IMG/VR virus record: IMGVR_UViG_3300020172_000530
Location: 1-64,000 of that record
Reading direction: 5' to 3' (one strand)
Source of the DNA: a virus
Length of the DNA stretch: 64,000 nt
How positions within the stretch are numbered: the stretch's first letter is position 1; the number at the start of each line of letters is the position of its first letter. Positions 30,201 through 36,738 of this stretch are shown piece by piece. The notes beneath the pieces were generated by a model that saw only the letters and a list, made by a program, of their open reading frames with translations, was not told the DNA's origin and searched no databases. Made by a program: the position numbers and the translations under genes.

Positions 30201-30790
30201 AAACTAATCAATATCAGAATAGTCCAGAAGGAGACAATCAGTACGAAGCAGAATTTAGTGTTGATGGTACAGAACAAGTTAGGTTAACCAATGAGGTAGC
30301 TGAAAATGTTAAGATTACGGTGATAAAGAAAATAGGCAGAGTTTGGGAAGATCCTGCTCCTCCTGCTATAGTGTTTAGAAATATCCCAGTAGGTAGTGGT
30401 GGCGCAGTATTCGATGCAAATAAAAATGGATTAACTTATACGTTAACTTTACGTAAAGGCGGTATAAACTACTCTGTAGGCGATGTATTAATTATATTAG
30501 GTTCTCGTTTAGGGGGAGCCACTCCTGAAAATGATATAGTGATTACAGTAACAGACGTTTCTGACGATAGTTCTGCTAGTATTTTAGGATATACATATAC
30601 CGGTATTGGAGCAAGTTCAGGATTTACCACAGTTAGTTTATTAGATTCTGATAATCCTGTGGCTAATTTCCTTAAAAATACTGAAGCAGTTTGGCCACAA
30701 TACTTTGCTGATAAATATCAATATGTATTATTAACAGATACAGGCGAATCTATAACCGTAGACGGCGAAGAACCTCTGGAGCTTGATTAA
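15281..30790 (+). CDS. Giant 5169-aa multidomain baseplate wedge/adhesin protein (gp7 position)
   Basis: Follows gp6 with a TAATG overlap; contains CBM5/12-like repeats, FG-GAP-like propeller blades, a YHYH-like domain and many beta-rich VYxNG repeats. Confidence 0.7.
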   Translation: MANNDQEEFGLPIDGNEPRKTSNLLPRTYRTDSNKKFLQATLDQLTQPGKVKKLNGYIGQQNAKSAKSDDIYIDASDQIRQQYQLEPGAVIQDKFENVTFYKDYIDYINQIDVFGGDTKNHERINRQEFYSWNPHIEWDKFVNFQNYYWLAYGPDVIKVFGQQLEIESTYTVDLVDEDDNYAFLFSPNGLTRNPTLRLYRGQTYNFTVNSPGNPFSFKLSRTAGDLDRYLKGVSAVSVESGTITFKVRKDAPDLIYYVNEKDPTAGGVIQILDIEENTFLDLEKDILGKKDYTLTSGVKISNGMKLNFEGNVSPAEYKDGNWYVDGVGSAITLIPESALEIISTYTQESELLFDDTPFDKDPFSVASAYPRDNDYIVMARGSKDRNPWSRYNRWFHEDVIKVSAQANGKIPDIDQSLRAVRPIIEYEANIKLYNFGHEAKKDVDLIDTFTTDVFSIIEGSTGYNIDGANLAPNMRVLFTADPDILVKDKIFKVTFVDIIVPQRQIEFVADSTVNPNTDVITFETDHFLNTGVQVTYLNNGNNDISGLSNRQQYYVYVVSATQIKLFTDSKLTKQVDILTRGTSTHKFEVFVGKKRQINLVEEPDTIPIHYETVIIKSGDKNKGSMFWYNGVDWKLAQTKTTVNQPILFDVFDSNSNSYSDITVYEGSTFIGNKIFSYKQGPGLPDKILGFPLSYKNINNVGDIVFTFDLLQDTFNYKTSTFIQSKRTDIGFLRKISNLDTWSYENGWKKSEINSTQPIIRIFKESGLVNNFPVDVYDNTDQLSDLEVRVYVNGKRLNRELYTLERGVVRFSIVLDNDVTVNDIVTLKCFSQQAKNSNGYYEIPISLQNNPLNNNLESFTLGEVVDHVNSIVDNILDFKGMYPGPGNLRDLGNLTAYGTRIVQHSSPLNLPLYHLTNTDTNIVKSIIQAQEDYATFKRTFLITSGNTGVDMDSKRHVDLILEMMLKDRPSTTSYYLSDMFGYAGSTRLEYLVEDGRFQRIFSISRSFSLDTLSNQAVYVYRNGQQLIEGIDYIFENNDVFFTIIGELNDDDIIEVYEYETTDGSFCPPTPTKLGLYPKFKPSKYIDDTYLEPREVIQGHDGSITFAYGDYRDDLLLELELRIYNNIKQKYDPSIFDIWSFIPGYNRKTNYTKEEFERALSPSFFQWTSNINQDFTKQTYWDSTQPFTFNYRDNYYPDGTDSQAFWRGIYCWLFDTDRPHTDPWECLGFSVQPTWWQEVYGAAPYTKDNQLLWEDLSQGIIREPGKPPRYHEKFARPLLANSAPVDELGNLISPLNSNYVSGPIKSTPEGFYSFGDRSPVETAWRRSSYYPFALIKTILLLYPNIMMSVGFDRSRQVKNNTNQIVYSPSGLRIRLSDIVIPSTVNDATRIFSSGLVNYIVEYATSDVTFKITNYQEDLRLLTNKISHKLGGFTSKTKFNILLDSKNPTSSGGVFVPDDNFNIFLNTSSPVKKLAYSGVVVSRYSDGFEVRGYNFDEPFFTYYSYRQNERVIRVGGISESYVTWDSNKTYVAGKIVLNGNVYFRTKITHQSGDVFDDTLFAKLPGLPMTGGAEAILRKSWDTSQELFLAYGTKLATIQEVIDFLQGYGTYLQEQGFVFDQYNPKIKSVTNWETSINEFLFWTTQNWGEGSALSLSPAASKLVIKSDRAVVDDIRNAFYGYKIFKVDGQLLGPEFVSTFRGDNEFSIIPQNTVHGIYGGIFYLVQKEHVLLLDNTTLFNDVIYDQEPGYRQERIKIIGYITTNWNGGLSIPGFIFDQAYINDYQSWTDYNLGDIVKYKEYYYSASKFVVGTETFNSEDWVLLREKPTPKLIPNWDYKAEQFTDFYDLDTDNFDSEQQRMAQHLIGYQNRQYLENIIKDDVSQYKFYQGMIIEKGTQNVLNKLFDVLSADNQESLTFNEEWAVRVGEYGASGVYEEIEFKLDESKFRINPQPIQLLTQAPDSNIDLIYRITLGEVHVRPLGYNNNPWPTLGMKKALRSPGYVRYEDVKINIDTLDEVLDTPIDEFEEGDYVWTAFENRDWNVYRFTKNIFRIEDVEYSDGTLTLQCETFPDVTAGSIIGITHSEKIKGFYKVESVSARKIIIKTVVKDWNPPFADSSEILTYKFTSSRLDSIDNANAQLPPYIKDKELLWADIGSKNLSYNGVVPYTVYSNEKIFLRNTLENTDPMIDIKFGSKVSLCKNGKFLAVSTAANEVYIYEKSPATDVWYQHQLITPNLKLASTTNLNFGDEIAFSADGKWLAIAASTASNIKSNWKGDFYNSNSYAFGDVVQVRNTHFSARRSAVANDLSTVDRFSQDWAPTYLVTTEESKSASSNINQGYVNLYLRTSGGNYGLLHSFVSPTPTAGELFGSKMTFAQNGNEYILSVTSSGYNENQGRVYMFRYAELEEDSTQSGWHMDYRRSYVGIFSPGKQYYPGDIVFYNYELYQCITEQDPNSFEANASGWQILDDTSILGYFPQDVATNVTDVTPIVITNIVPNTPVTTGSIKFRRATISYATQASAPFTAGQFIEIRNANPEVYNGDWLVYSASATQTVIVCPFPRFLPAPNITVEDPLYKYVAGGILTLAIVSPTREQNVESVLPGDLFGYDVSMSGDGSKLVISAPNADQNTYNNYKGKFRSTEKYDVNDVVYYTGGVDPAGYYSYKKIFDSSIAGTFNSADWRLLTTTQFNNTGKIFTYEYDGDAFVLIDTLGAQNLNLTYEQRFGESLSVSDSGSHLAVGSTLYSADFSLQGSVKVFEAYSGSWAPYQTLTSTVPGTNHKFGHFVEFMNDSETLVVYNVNADIKNETTFDDSLTKFDNSTLRVIDLQILSGRVDIFDKYNTNYVFGESLTTNSTNDFSDGYGKSIAVGSNNIVVSAAKEHNQGYEDAGIVYSYRKPAGKTSWSVLHYERARPNVQQIKKAFLYNRRENILIKYLDIVDPVQGKIPGPADQEIKFKTYYDPATYTVGNASVNVDDGMSWTNTYNGMLWWDLTTAKFLENQGGEIVFRSTTWNTLYETASIDIYEWIESKLLPSERDKISDTEKGLISGISGKSKYGDSVYSIKQKYDTISKTFNKTYYYWVKNSTIVPNKEGRLMSADLVSRLISDPRNYGYPCLVLLGPDSFSLVNVDSYLEDKDVVLSVQYWTVENKENNAHTQWKIISEHPNTVIPYEIEQKWLDSLLGRDKNGRTVPDLKLPVKQRFGIENRPRQSMFVNRIEALKQFIERVNAILKPTLIVDEFDLTPLTKLEEPPSAVSGAWDIIIDTDEEFRFVGTSNLEQIKLLPVIEDGKIVDIEVAQRGKGYVNPPTSVITGKGKNAEIQIYLNDTGGVESVSILNQGFGYKSDTIITVRPFSVLVQSDSDSYDKWSIYHFNRTNRSWTKNRSQSYDVTKFWNYADWYLSGYDQFTKFNYIVENTYELAFLESNIGNIVKVKNVGTGGWILFEKYNDVITTDYTQNYKVIGRQNGTIQFLDLLYNFKGRAQGFDALLYDAAQYDAVPSAELSIILDTIKTKLLVDNLRVEYLKLFFSNVRYALSEQPFLDWVMKTSFVKATHNAGELQQKTNYNSDNLQDFESYVNEVKPYRTKVREYISGYTRLDNAALSVTDFDLPPIIDEDYKINPLTVMLNENYAISSSYSQLLDYPWKHWYDNASYSVETLELVDGGKGYIDPPVINIVDDYGIVTSTNTLQSNFDGPNSFWNLGEGTMKVVATGLPCHSYGIQDAENIATDQDYSQILPLRGGTYAAGIHASIPQGIIGYWLNGVAVFNPSAGDTVPEGFESVMDYNFNAAYASAEVLEYNFGHDRAGGLVTADGEYSYRDFSFKDAWLSGIGNDLADVNKIDTIEIPYLRSGFEHADGHSKIIGFALDGYPIYGPDGYSTATDPSSGIVRMTSSYGLRVVSYRPQILQDTSVYPMGIFIQDYEYIGNGSLDKHNGRYCITPDYPNGTYAYFVTTTSAGTPAYPYVIGPTFFGDAAPQDRNDATNGKGTAPRTYNLYNSSAIQATAKAYITNGKVSRVVLTTSGSGYLKAPRVVFDGGLDTNIENSPAQAVAVLKNNVVRSNKTIIKFDRNTRNYFVTELTQVENFVGTGSRKQYSLRFSPILTIGHTSVKINGNEILRDDYALSIKKSNVKGFTTYYGVLTLETAPAIGDEIEITYDKNFEHLNAADRINFYYNPQTGQLGKDLAQLMTGIDYGGVIVSGLGLSIGGGWDSQPWFSEGWDGYDVGFTDYIVSVSDSTYVFDLPYVPAAGEQINVYVNGVRLDDEYFDSYDGVTVQPNGRTTAPEGRAMQTWVGDGIDFTIELPNLTSNVPVDINDGDKIIFRKSTSDGSINPDPKSFDTQLQGGNLGYTTATGFAPDDVVLDGGGRFVTPDTSHAPEEIVPGHITDALNIKVFCLPSSGSSKIISKNYICDGITTQFSVGQFPNNTAGLFVNLDNQILKQDVDYTLDWQTKIVTMVTAPADKKIINITSFGTATENLLDSNFFVADGSTSDYITNAPWPQLALDEDFQQSIDRLGSIVLVNNQTVEYELFRTDESYETTGFVGIRFPAPPQEDSIINYIMTGDANSTISLINSQALNIDGSSVSYSLGTVPEGYSNPYENYILVVSDGNLLRPAESLYWKMSDNEYVYEIPNYKVLPFTLDPSTIKVYINGVQLSSLDYTLNNSNLTIEVRDFVYEDGAILTLTRFEDTDYTISGNNIIFDIAPTSNVDVVTFFNHSVQNIVRSREYFNITSALVPGSTSYYQYQSIKGGALKLFRLVQSDDYIWVAKNRELLVHSVDYYLDDDHRTIKFKDTFTDSDVIDVILFGDKNVTNSFGFMQFKDMLNRTHYKRISKNKSTRLAKDLNQRDLTIEVENGAVLSDPNRALNLPGIVEINGERIEYLTKNVNVLGQLRRATLGTGSPAIHRVTSVVLDIGPTETIPYNDEFIVESSIGDSNTKNIGLSYAPTKVNTDWYTETIPANYGRSDELEVFVGGYRLKKTPYSLFDETNQYQNSPEGDNQYEAEFSVDGTEQVRLTNEVAENVKITVIKKIGRVWEDPAPPAIVFRNIPVGSGGAVFDANKNGLTYTLTLRKGGINYSVGDVLIILGSRLGGATPENDIVITVTDVSDDSSASILGYTYTGIGASSGFTTVSLLDSDNPVANFLKNTEAVWPQYFADKYQYVLLTDTGESITVDGEEPLELD

Positions 30791-33619
30791 ATGGCAAAAA
30801 TATCGGACTTAGTAAAAGTTATCAGTCCTACTGACGGGAACGTTTTACCAATTAGTGATGGGTTAACTACTAAGAAAATTAGTTTCTTAGATCTAAAAAC
30901 ATCTATTAATACAGTAGCTACGTCTACACAACTCGGTACAATCAAAATTGGAAACGGATTGTTAATTGACGATACCGGTAGAGTAAGTGTTCGTGATTAT
31001 GACGAATTTAGTTTGCCTGCTGCAACAACCAGTCAATTAGGTGGTGTAATTATAGGCAGTGGTTTAACTGTAAATGAGTCAGGAGTACTTACTTCTGCGT
31101 ATACTTTGCCCACGGCTACTCCTACAGTACTAGGTGGAATAAAAGTTGGCGAAGGTCTTACTATTTCAAACGGTATACTTTCTACAATTCCAATCAGTGT
31201 AGACGCATTTGATGATTCTGGAATAACAATTGGGAATCAAAGTGATTTCTTATTTTATATAGAAAATAGCAATACTCCTACAATTAAAGATGAAGTCAAT
31301 GGTGTAATCGTTTTAAGTGTTAGAGATACTAGTATGGCAGGCAATCTTGCTGATATCAGACTATTATCACGTAGTAAAACAACTGGCCTAGGAGACGACA
31401 CTGCTCCTGCTCTAGTTCCAGATTTTAGCGGTCAACCTATGAATTTAGGAGCTCCAAGTTTAAAATGGAGTAAGATCTATGCTAATAATTTTATAGGTAA
31501 TGTTACCGGAACCGCAGAAAAAAGTACACAATCAGATACATTATTAGTTGGATCGAGTTATTTTCCTGCTAGTACAAGTGCTATTGCTAACACAATTATG
31601 GTTAGAGATAGTATAGGTAATATTAATGCTAATAATTTTACTGGCAACGTAACAGGCAACGTAACAGGTAATGCCACTACTGCTACACAATTACAAACAT
31701 CAAGATTAATTAATGGCGAACCATTTAACGGTACTCAAGATATTACTATTTTATCGGCGAATCCATTTGCTTTAACTAGAGGAAGTTACATAACAGGCGG
31801 TTCAGCTACATATAACGGAAGTGCTGCTAGCACATGGAATATAAACGCTACTCCTACAGCAACAGCTAATACTGTTGTTGCTAGAGATACTAATGGAGAT
31901 TTCTTAGCCAGCACAATTACTGCCAGCAATTTTATCGGATCGGTGACTGGAAATGTAACTGGAAGCTTATTTGGATTAGCAGATAGGACTAGTCGACTGG
32001 ATGTTGCTAGAAAGATTAATGGTATAGATTTTGACGGAACGCAAGATATCCAATTGCCATCCAGCGCGGCAAAGGTAGATGAATTAGCAGGTAGCATTAA
32101 AATGTGGGGTAGTGCCACGCCACCGAGTAATTGGTTATTGTGTAATGGACAAAGTGTTAGTAAAAACACTTATCCTACATTATTTTCAAGAATTGGATAT
32201 ACATTTGGCGGAATTGGAGACTTTTTTAATCTTCCTAATTTAATTAATAGATTTCCAATAGGCGCCGGCGAGCTGTATACTGCTAATTCAACCGGGGGAA
32301 ATAAAGATCAGATTGTTGTTGGTCACCAACATACTGCTACTGCTCAATCTATATTTACAGGCAATGTTCTACCAAATCATTCTCATCAGATGTCGGGTAG
32401 TACAAATTCAGCAGGATCTCATGCGCACGCCGGCGTACTGCAAGTTGCTGCGAATCCAGATGGTAGACGAGTTACATCGAATCGAGCAATTGGTCGTAAT
32501 GCCGATGATGCTACAGGCGGAAATTTAGGAACAACTACGACCGTTGCAGGCTTGCACAGCCATACAATTGATGCTACCATCAATTCGGCCAGTTCTGGTG
32601 TACCTAGTGGAACCGTTAATACACTTGTAGCTATTTCAACAGTAGGTGCCAGCGGTACAAATGCTAACCTTCCTCCATATATTGGTGTATATTATATTAT
32701 TAAAGTCAGCGACGACGGATCGGGTGGTGGCACATTACAAGCTGGTACTGGCATTGATATTCAAACAAGTGGGTCTTATACTATAATAACTGCTACTGGT
32801 GGCGGTGGTGGTGGCGCTTTTGTGCCTACATCCGGCGGCACAATGTCAGGATATTTGACGTTAAATGCTTCACCAACAAGCAGTCTTCATGCTGCAACTA
32901 AATCTTATGTTGATTCTCAGGACAATATTGTACTTTCAACTGTTAATACTAAACTTCCATTAGCAGGTGGCGCATTAACTGGACCAGTGTATCTACATGC
33001 TAAACCAGCAGCAGCACTACAAGCAGCTACAAAAAATTACGTAGATGATCAAATATCTAGTATTATTTCAAATAGAGTATCGCAGATAAAAACTTTTGTT
33101 TGGGGTGCAGGTAAGAATAGATCTGACGAACAGTGGAACAGTTTAACAAATGAATTTTCTCAAGAAATACTTTCTACAACTCCGCAAGCTGTTGGAAGAA
33201 ATGGCAAATATTTTCAAATTAGTATTAGACCAACATACTCTAACAGTAAAATTATGGTTGTGCTTGATTTAACAGTCAATGCTCCTTACGTAAGCTGGTT
33301 TCAACTTAAAAGATCTATTAATGGCGGATCATTTGTAAACACAGTAGACACAACAGCTTATGGTGTTAGCGCAAATGGCGTTCAAGACTGTAATGTTGTG
33401 ACATATCTTCAAGGATCTGTTTCTCCTGATTTTATGCAGCGGGTACATTTTACGTTTGCTGACCCTGATAATCTTAATACTGATGACACATACACATATC
33501 GATTGTATGCTTGTTCTAAATGGAGCAACACTGCTTATAGATTAATGTTTAACAACAGATATACTTATAACGATATGCCTAATTACAGTACAATCTACGC
33601 TATGGAATATGGATCATAA
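30791..33619 (+). CDS. Tail fibre with tail-collar domain, HxH tip motifs and an extra C-terminal module
   Basis: ATxxxLGGxxxGxGL repeats, GNVTG repeats, collar motif GSIKMWG...WLLCNGQ...YPTLF...FNLPNL, motifs HQH/HSH/HAH/HSH, ATKxYVD repeats. Confidence 0.85.
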   Translation: MAKISDLVKVISPTDGNVLPISDGLTTKKISFLDLKTSINTVATSTQLGTIKIGNGLLIDDTGRVSVRDYDEFSLPAATTSQLGGVIIGSGLTVNESGVLTSAYTLPTATPTVLGGIKVGEGLTISNGILSTIPISVDAFDDSGITIGNQSDFLFYIENSNTPTIKDEVNGVIVLSVRDTSMAGNLADIRLLSRSKTTGLGDDTAPALVPDFSGQPMNLGAPSLKWSKIYANNFIGNVTGTAEKSTQSDTLLVGSSYFPASTSAIANTIMVRDSIGNINANNFTGNVTGNVTGNATTATQLQTSRLINGEPFNGTQDITILSANPFALTRGSYITGGSATYNGSAASTWNINATPTATANTVVARDTNGDFLASTITASNFIGSVTGNVTGSLFGLADRTSRLDVARKINGIDFDGTQDIQLPSSAAKVDELAGSIKMWGSATPPSNWLLCNGQSVSKNTYPTLFSRIGYTFGGIGDFFNLPNLINRFPIGAGELYTANSTGGNKDQIVVGHQHTATAQSIFTGNVLPNHSHQMSGSTNSAGSHAHAGVLQVAANPDGRRVTSNRAIGRNADDATGGNLGTTTTVAGLHSHTIDATINSASSGVPSGTVNTLVAISTVGASGTNANLPPYIGVYYIIKVSDDGSGGGTLQAGTGIDIQTSGSYTIITATGGGGGGAFVPTSGGTMSGYLTLNASPTSSLHAATKSYVDSQDNIVLSTVNTKLPLAGGALTGPVYLHAKPAAALQAATKNYVDDQISSIISNRVSQIKTFVWGAGKNRSDEQWNSLTNEFSQEILSTTPQAVGRNGKYFQISIRPTYSNSKIMVVLDLTVNAPYVSWFQLKRSINGGSFVNTVDTTAYGVSANGVQDCNVVTYLQGSVSPDFMQRVHFTFADPDNLNTDDTYTYRLYACSKWSNTAYRLMFNNRYTYNDMPNYSTIYAMEYGS
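31643..31668 (+). repeat. 12-bp coding tandem repeat (GGCAACGTAACA x2)
   Basis: Encodes GNVT-GNVT in the tail fibre shaft. Confidence 0.8.
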
Positions 33620-33629
33620 TAGGATAAAA

Positions 33630-33935
33630 ATGAACAAAACAAATATTTCAATTTCGGATGCAATTCTATCTTTGAGACCAAATGCTGAGTTTAGTATTTT
33701 TGGAAACTCGTATAATGACATAGAATGGTATTCAGAAAATATACCAAAACCCACAATTCAAGAAATCGATGCCGAACTTCAAAAATTACAGGCAGAATAT
33801 GATAGAAAGTCTTATCAAAGACAGCGAGTAGACGCATATCCTAGTATAGAAGAACAATTAGATTTAATGTTTCACGGTGGATATGATTCATGGAAAGCAG
33901 CTATACAAGCAGTAAAAGATCAATATCCTAAGTAA
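33630..33935 (+). CDS. Tail fibre-associated chaperone/assembly-like protein
   Basis: KPT..EI...YQRQR..AYPSIEEQLD...WK..I.AVKD.YPK pattern; directly follows the fibre; start set to ATG 33630 (AGGA SD). Confidence 0.6.
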   Translation: MNKTNISISDAILSLRPNAEFSIFGNSYNDIEWYSENIPKPTIQEIDAELQKLQAEYDRKSYQRQRVDAYPSIEEQLDLMFHGGYDSWKAAIQAVKDQYPK

Positions 33936-33937
33936 AA

Positions 33938-33964
33938 TACGCACTTTATACTTTTAGGTAAATA
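33938..33964 (+). promoter_or_regulatory. Bipartite late promoter TACGCAC-N14-TAAATA (copy 3)
   Basis: TACGCAC 33938-33944, TAAATA 33959-33964, upstream of 33985. Confidence 0.8.
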
Positions 33965-33984
33965 TTCAAATAAAGAGAAAACTT

Positions 33985-34596
33985 ATGCAAGGTAGAGATT
34001 TATCAGGAATACATATTGAGGGCCATATTAAAATTTATGACCCCGCCACTCAAGAAGTTTATATTAATAAACGTAATGCTATTCATTATGAAAATATGAG
34101 TATAGCTCTTGCTGAATCGATCGCTAATTCCGGACAAGGATTTATTTACGAAATGGCATTCGGTAATGGAGGAACTACTGTTGATCCTACTGGTATCATT
34201 ACATATCTTACACCTAATAGTACCGGTACAAATGCTGCCTTATATAATCAAACATACACTAAAGTTGTAGATGATCGTAGTGTAAGCAATGTTGACCCTA
34301 TACGTAACAAGATAGAAACAAGACATGTGACAGGTGTAAATTATACAGATGTGTTTATAACCTGCTTATTAGATTATGGCGAGCCAAACGGGCAAGAAGC
34401 ATTTGATAATACTAGCGATAATAAAAGCGATTACGTATTCGATGAACTAGGCTTACGAAGCTACAGTACTACAGGAACCAGCAGATTATTAACTCACGTG
34501 GTGTTTCATCCTGTACAAAAAAGTTTAAACAGATTAATTCAGATTGATTACACTGTAAGAATACAAAGTTTAACTGGTTTAAGTGAGGTTCAATAA
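33985..34596 (+). CDS. Virion structural protein (baseplate/fibre attachment-like)
   Basis: MAFGNGG...FDELGL...LLTHVVFHPVQKS..R...IDYTVR; late promoter and tail context. Confidence 0.6.
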   Translation: MQGRDLSGIHIEGHIKIYDPATQEVYINKRNAIHYENMSIALAESIANSGQGFIYEMAFGNGGTTVDPTGIITYLTPNSTGTNAALYNQTYTKVVDDRSVSNVDPIRNKIETRHVTGVNYTDVFITCLLDYGEPNGQEAFDNTSDNKSDYVFDELGLRSYSTTGTSRLLTHVVFHPVQKSLNRLIQIDYTVRIQSLTGLSEVQ

Positions 34597-36728
34597 TGGC
34601 ATATCAAATTGATCATACAGATAAACCTAACAACGGTAGTATAACAGTAGAAGATCAAACGGTAAATGTTGAAAAAAGTATTGGATTTGTAGGAAAAAAC
34701 TATACAGGTTACAGCAAAGTTATTGCTGAAGATTTCTTACACATACTAGAGAATTTCGCCAGTGCTACAGCGCCTAGCAATCCAGTTCAAGGACAGCTAT
34801 GGTATGATTCCGAAGCTGATGTTATAGAAGAAAATAGACAACCGCAATTAAAAATTTATGATGGCACCAGTTGGGTACCAGCCGGGAATGTTGTAAAAGC
34901 ATCCAGTCCTCCTATCAGCGCAGTTAAAGGAGATTTATGGACAGATACTACTAATCAACAATTATATTTGTATTCGGGATCTAACTGGGTACTAGTTGGT
35001 CCACAATTTAGTGAAGGTACACTAACTGGCCCTACAATTGAAACTATTGTTGATACAGGCAATGCTACACATTTATTGATAAATTTTTATGTTAGCAATC
35101 GAGTTATAGTAATATTCAGCAAGGATGAGTTTACTCCTAAGGCTGCTATTCCTGGATTTAGCATTGTTAAAAAAGGTATCAACATAAGTTCCATCGACGA
35201 TGGCGGAAATATAACAACACTGAACAAATTATGGGGCACAGCAGAAAAAGCAGATGCTCTTGTTGTATCAGGAGAAACGATATCCTCTAGTAATTTTTTA
35301 AGATCCGATAAACCAAGCACATCTAATAATAGTCTGAGTATTCGAACAGATTTAGGACTAACGATAGGATCTGACTTAGCCACTAGTTTAACAATTGACA
35401 GTGCTGGTGCTACTGTTCTTTATAATAAAACTGAAGGCTCAAGCATCTTTATCCGAACTAATCAAGCAGGTACTGCTAAGGACGTATTAAGTATTACTGG
35501 AACTAACATTGGTATTAATAAAACTAATCCTACTGCTACATTAGATGTTTCAGGAAACATTCAGACTAATGACCAGATAATAGTAACAGGAACAACTAAT
35601 GCTGTTGATTTGACAACAGGCAGTATTAAAACCGCCGGCGGCCTTAGTGTAGCAAAAAGTCTATACGTAGGATCTGGCGCTACAATTACAGGTCAGACTA
35701 ATACTAACAGCATAGTACCAATCGCAACCAATACATATAATTTAGGATCTACCGCTAGTAGATACAAGACTGTATATGGTAAAGAAATATTTGCGGATAC
35801 TTTTTTTGGTAGTTTTTCAGGGCAATTAGCAGGTAGCGTTTCAGGAACCTCTAGTAAATTAGCCAGTGCTACGAAATTTAAACTACAAGGTGACGTTAGT
35901 AGTAATGAAATTAATTTTAACGGTCAACAAACTAACGGCGAAGCATTCTTCAGCACTACTATAACGTCTGATCTTATTAATGCTAAAGCTGCTGTAGAAA
36001 CTGCGACATCGAATACTCAGTTATTAATTAATATTCCTAGTGTTGGTTTAAGAAAAATAACTAAAACAAACTTTTTATCTAATGCTGGTGTTATGCCTGC
36101 TGGAGTCATTTTACCTTTCGCAGGTTCAACGCCACCGAACGGATTTTTATTATGTGATGGTAGTGAACAGTTAATTAGTGCTTACCCTGCGTTATTTTCA
36201 GTTATTGGAACAACTTATAACGGCTCTGCTCCTTTACAAGGCGCCTCTACATTTAGAGTACCTGATTTAAGAGGTCGATTCGCTCTTGGTGCTGATAATA
36301 TGGATAACGGAACATTAGTTCCTACTTCATTAGGCACCTTTGTTAGTACAACATTAGATAAAAACGGTAATCCTGGTAGCACAGCTAATAGAGTAACTGA
36401 CGTTACAGCAGATAATATTGGATCAGGCAACGGTAACGAAGAAACTACACTTACAGTATCTCAACTACCAGATCACAAACATGATTTAAGAGGTACAACT
36501 TCAACAGGCGACAAAGGTAATCAGTATTATGCTATTAGAAATACTCCTGACTCGATTACAGATATTGATGCAGTTCCGCATACAACTAATGGTCCTGATA
36601 GTTTAGCGAATGGCCAATATTTAACCAACAGTGGAGGAATCGCTAGTCCTACTATAGGACAACCTGTAAACAAGATGAATCCATACTTGACTATCAATCA
36701 CATTATTTTTACCGGCACTTACATTTAA
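34596..36728 (+). CDS. Baseplate/short tail fibre protein with C-terminal tail-collar domain (gp10/gp12-like)
   Basis: Shared N-terminal GKNY.GY...E.F...LENF...GQLWYD module; collar motif PAGVILPFAG...GFLLCDG...YPALFSVIG...PDLRGRF; MNPYLTINHII end. Confidence 0.75.
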   Translation: MAYQIDHTDKPNNGSITVEDQTVNVEKSIGFVGKNYTGYSKVIAEDFLHILENFASATAPSNPVQGQLWYDSEADVIEENRQPQLKIYDGTSWVPAGNVVKASSPPISAVKGDLWTDTTNQQLYLYSGSNWVLVGPQFSEGTLTGPTIETIVDTGNATHLLINFYVSNRVIVIFSKDEFTPKAAIPGFSIVKKGINISSIDDGGNITTLNKLWGTAEKADALVVSGETISSSNFLRSDKPSTSNNSLSIRTDLGLTIGSDLATSLTIDSAGATVLYNKTEGSSIFIRTNQAGTAKDVLSITGTNIGINKTNPTATLDVSGNIQTNDQIIVTGTTNAVDLTTGSIKTAGGLSVAKSLYVGSGATITGQTNTNSIVPIATNTYNLGSTASRYKTVYGKEIFADTFFGSFSGQLAGSVSGTSSKLASATKFKLQGDVSSNEINFNGQQTNGEAFFSTTITSDLINAKAAVETATSNTQLLINIPSVGLRKITKTNFLSNAGVMPAGVILPFAGSTPPNGFLLCDGSEQLISAYPALFSVIGTTYNGSAPLQGASTFRVPDLRGRFALGADNMDNGTLVPTSLGTFVSTTLDKNGNPGSTANRVTDVTADNIGSGNGNEETTLTVSQLPDHKHDLRGTTSTGDKGNQYYAIRNTPDSITDIDAVPHTTNGPDSLANGQYLTNSGGIASPTIGQPVNKMNPYLTINHIIFTGTYI

Positions 36729-36738
36729 GGATTACTCA

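Noticed and set aside
30692-30717. Fourth bipartite promoter inside the end of the giant gene
   Set aside because: TAAATA at 30712-30717 may be an internal late promoter, but the upstream TGGCCAC is a poor match at 13-nt spacing.
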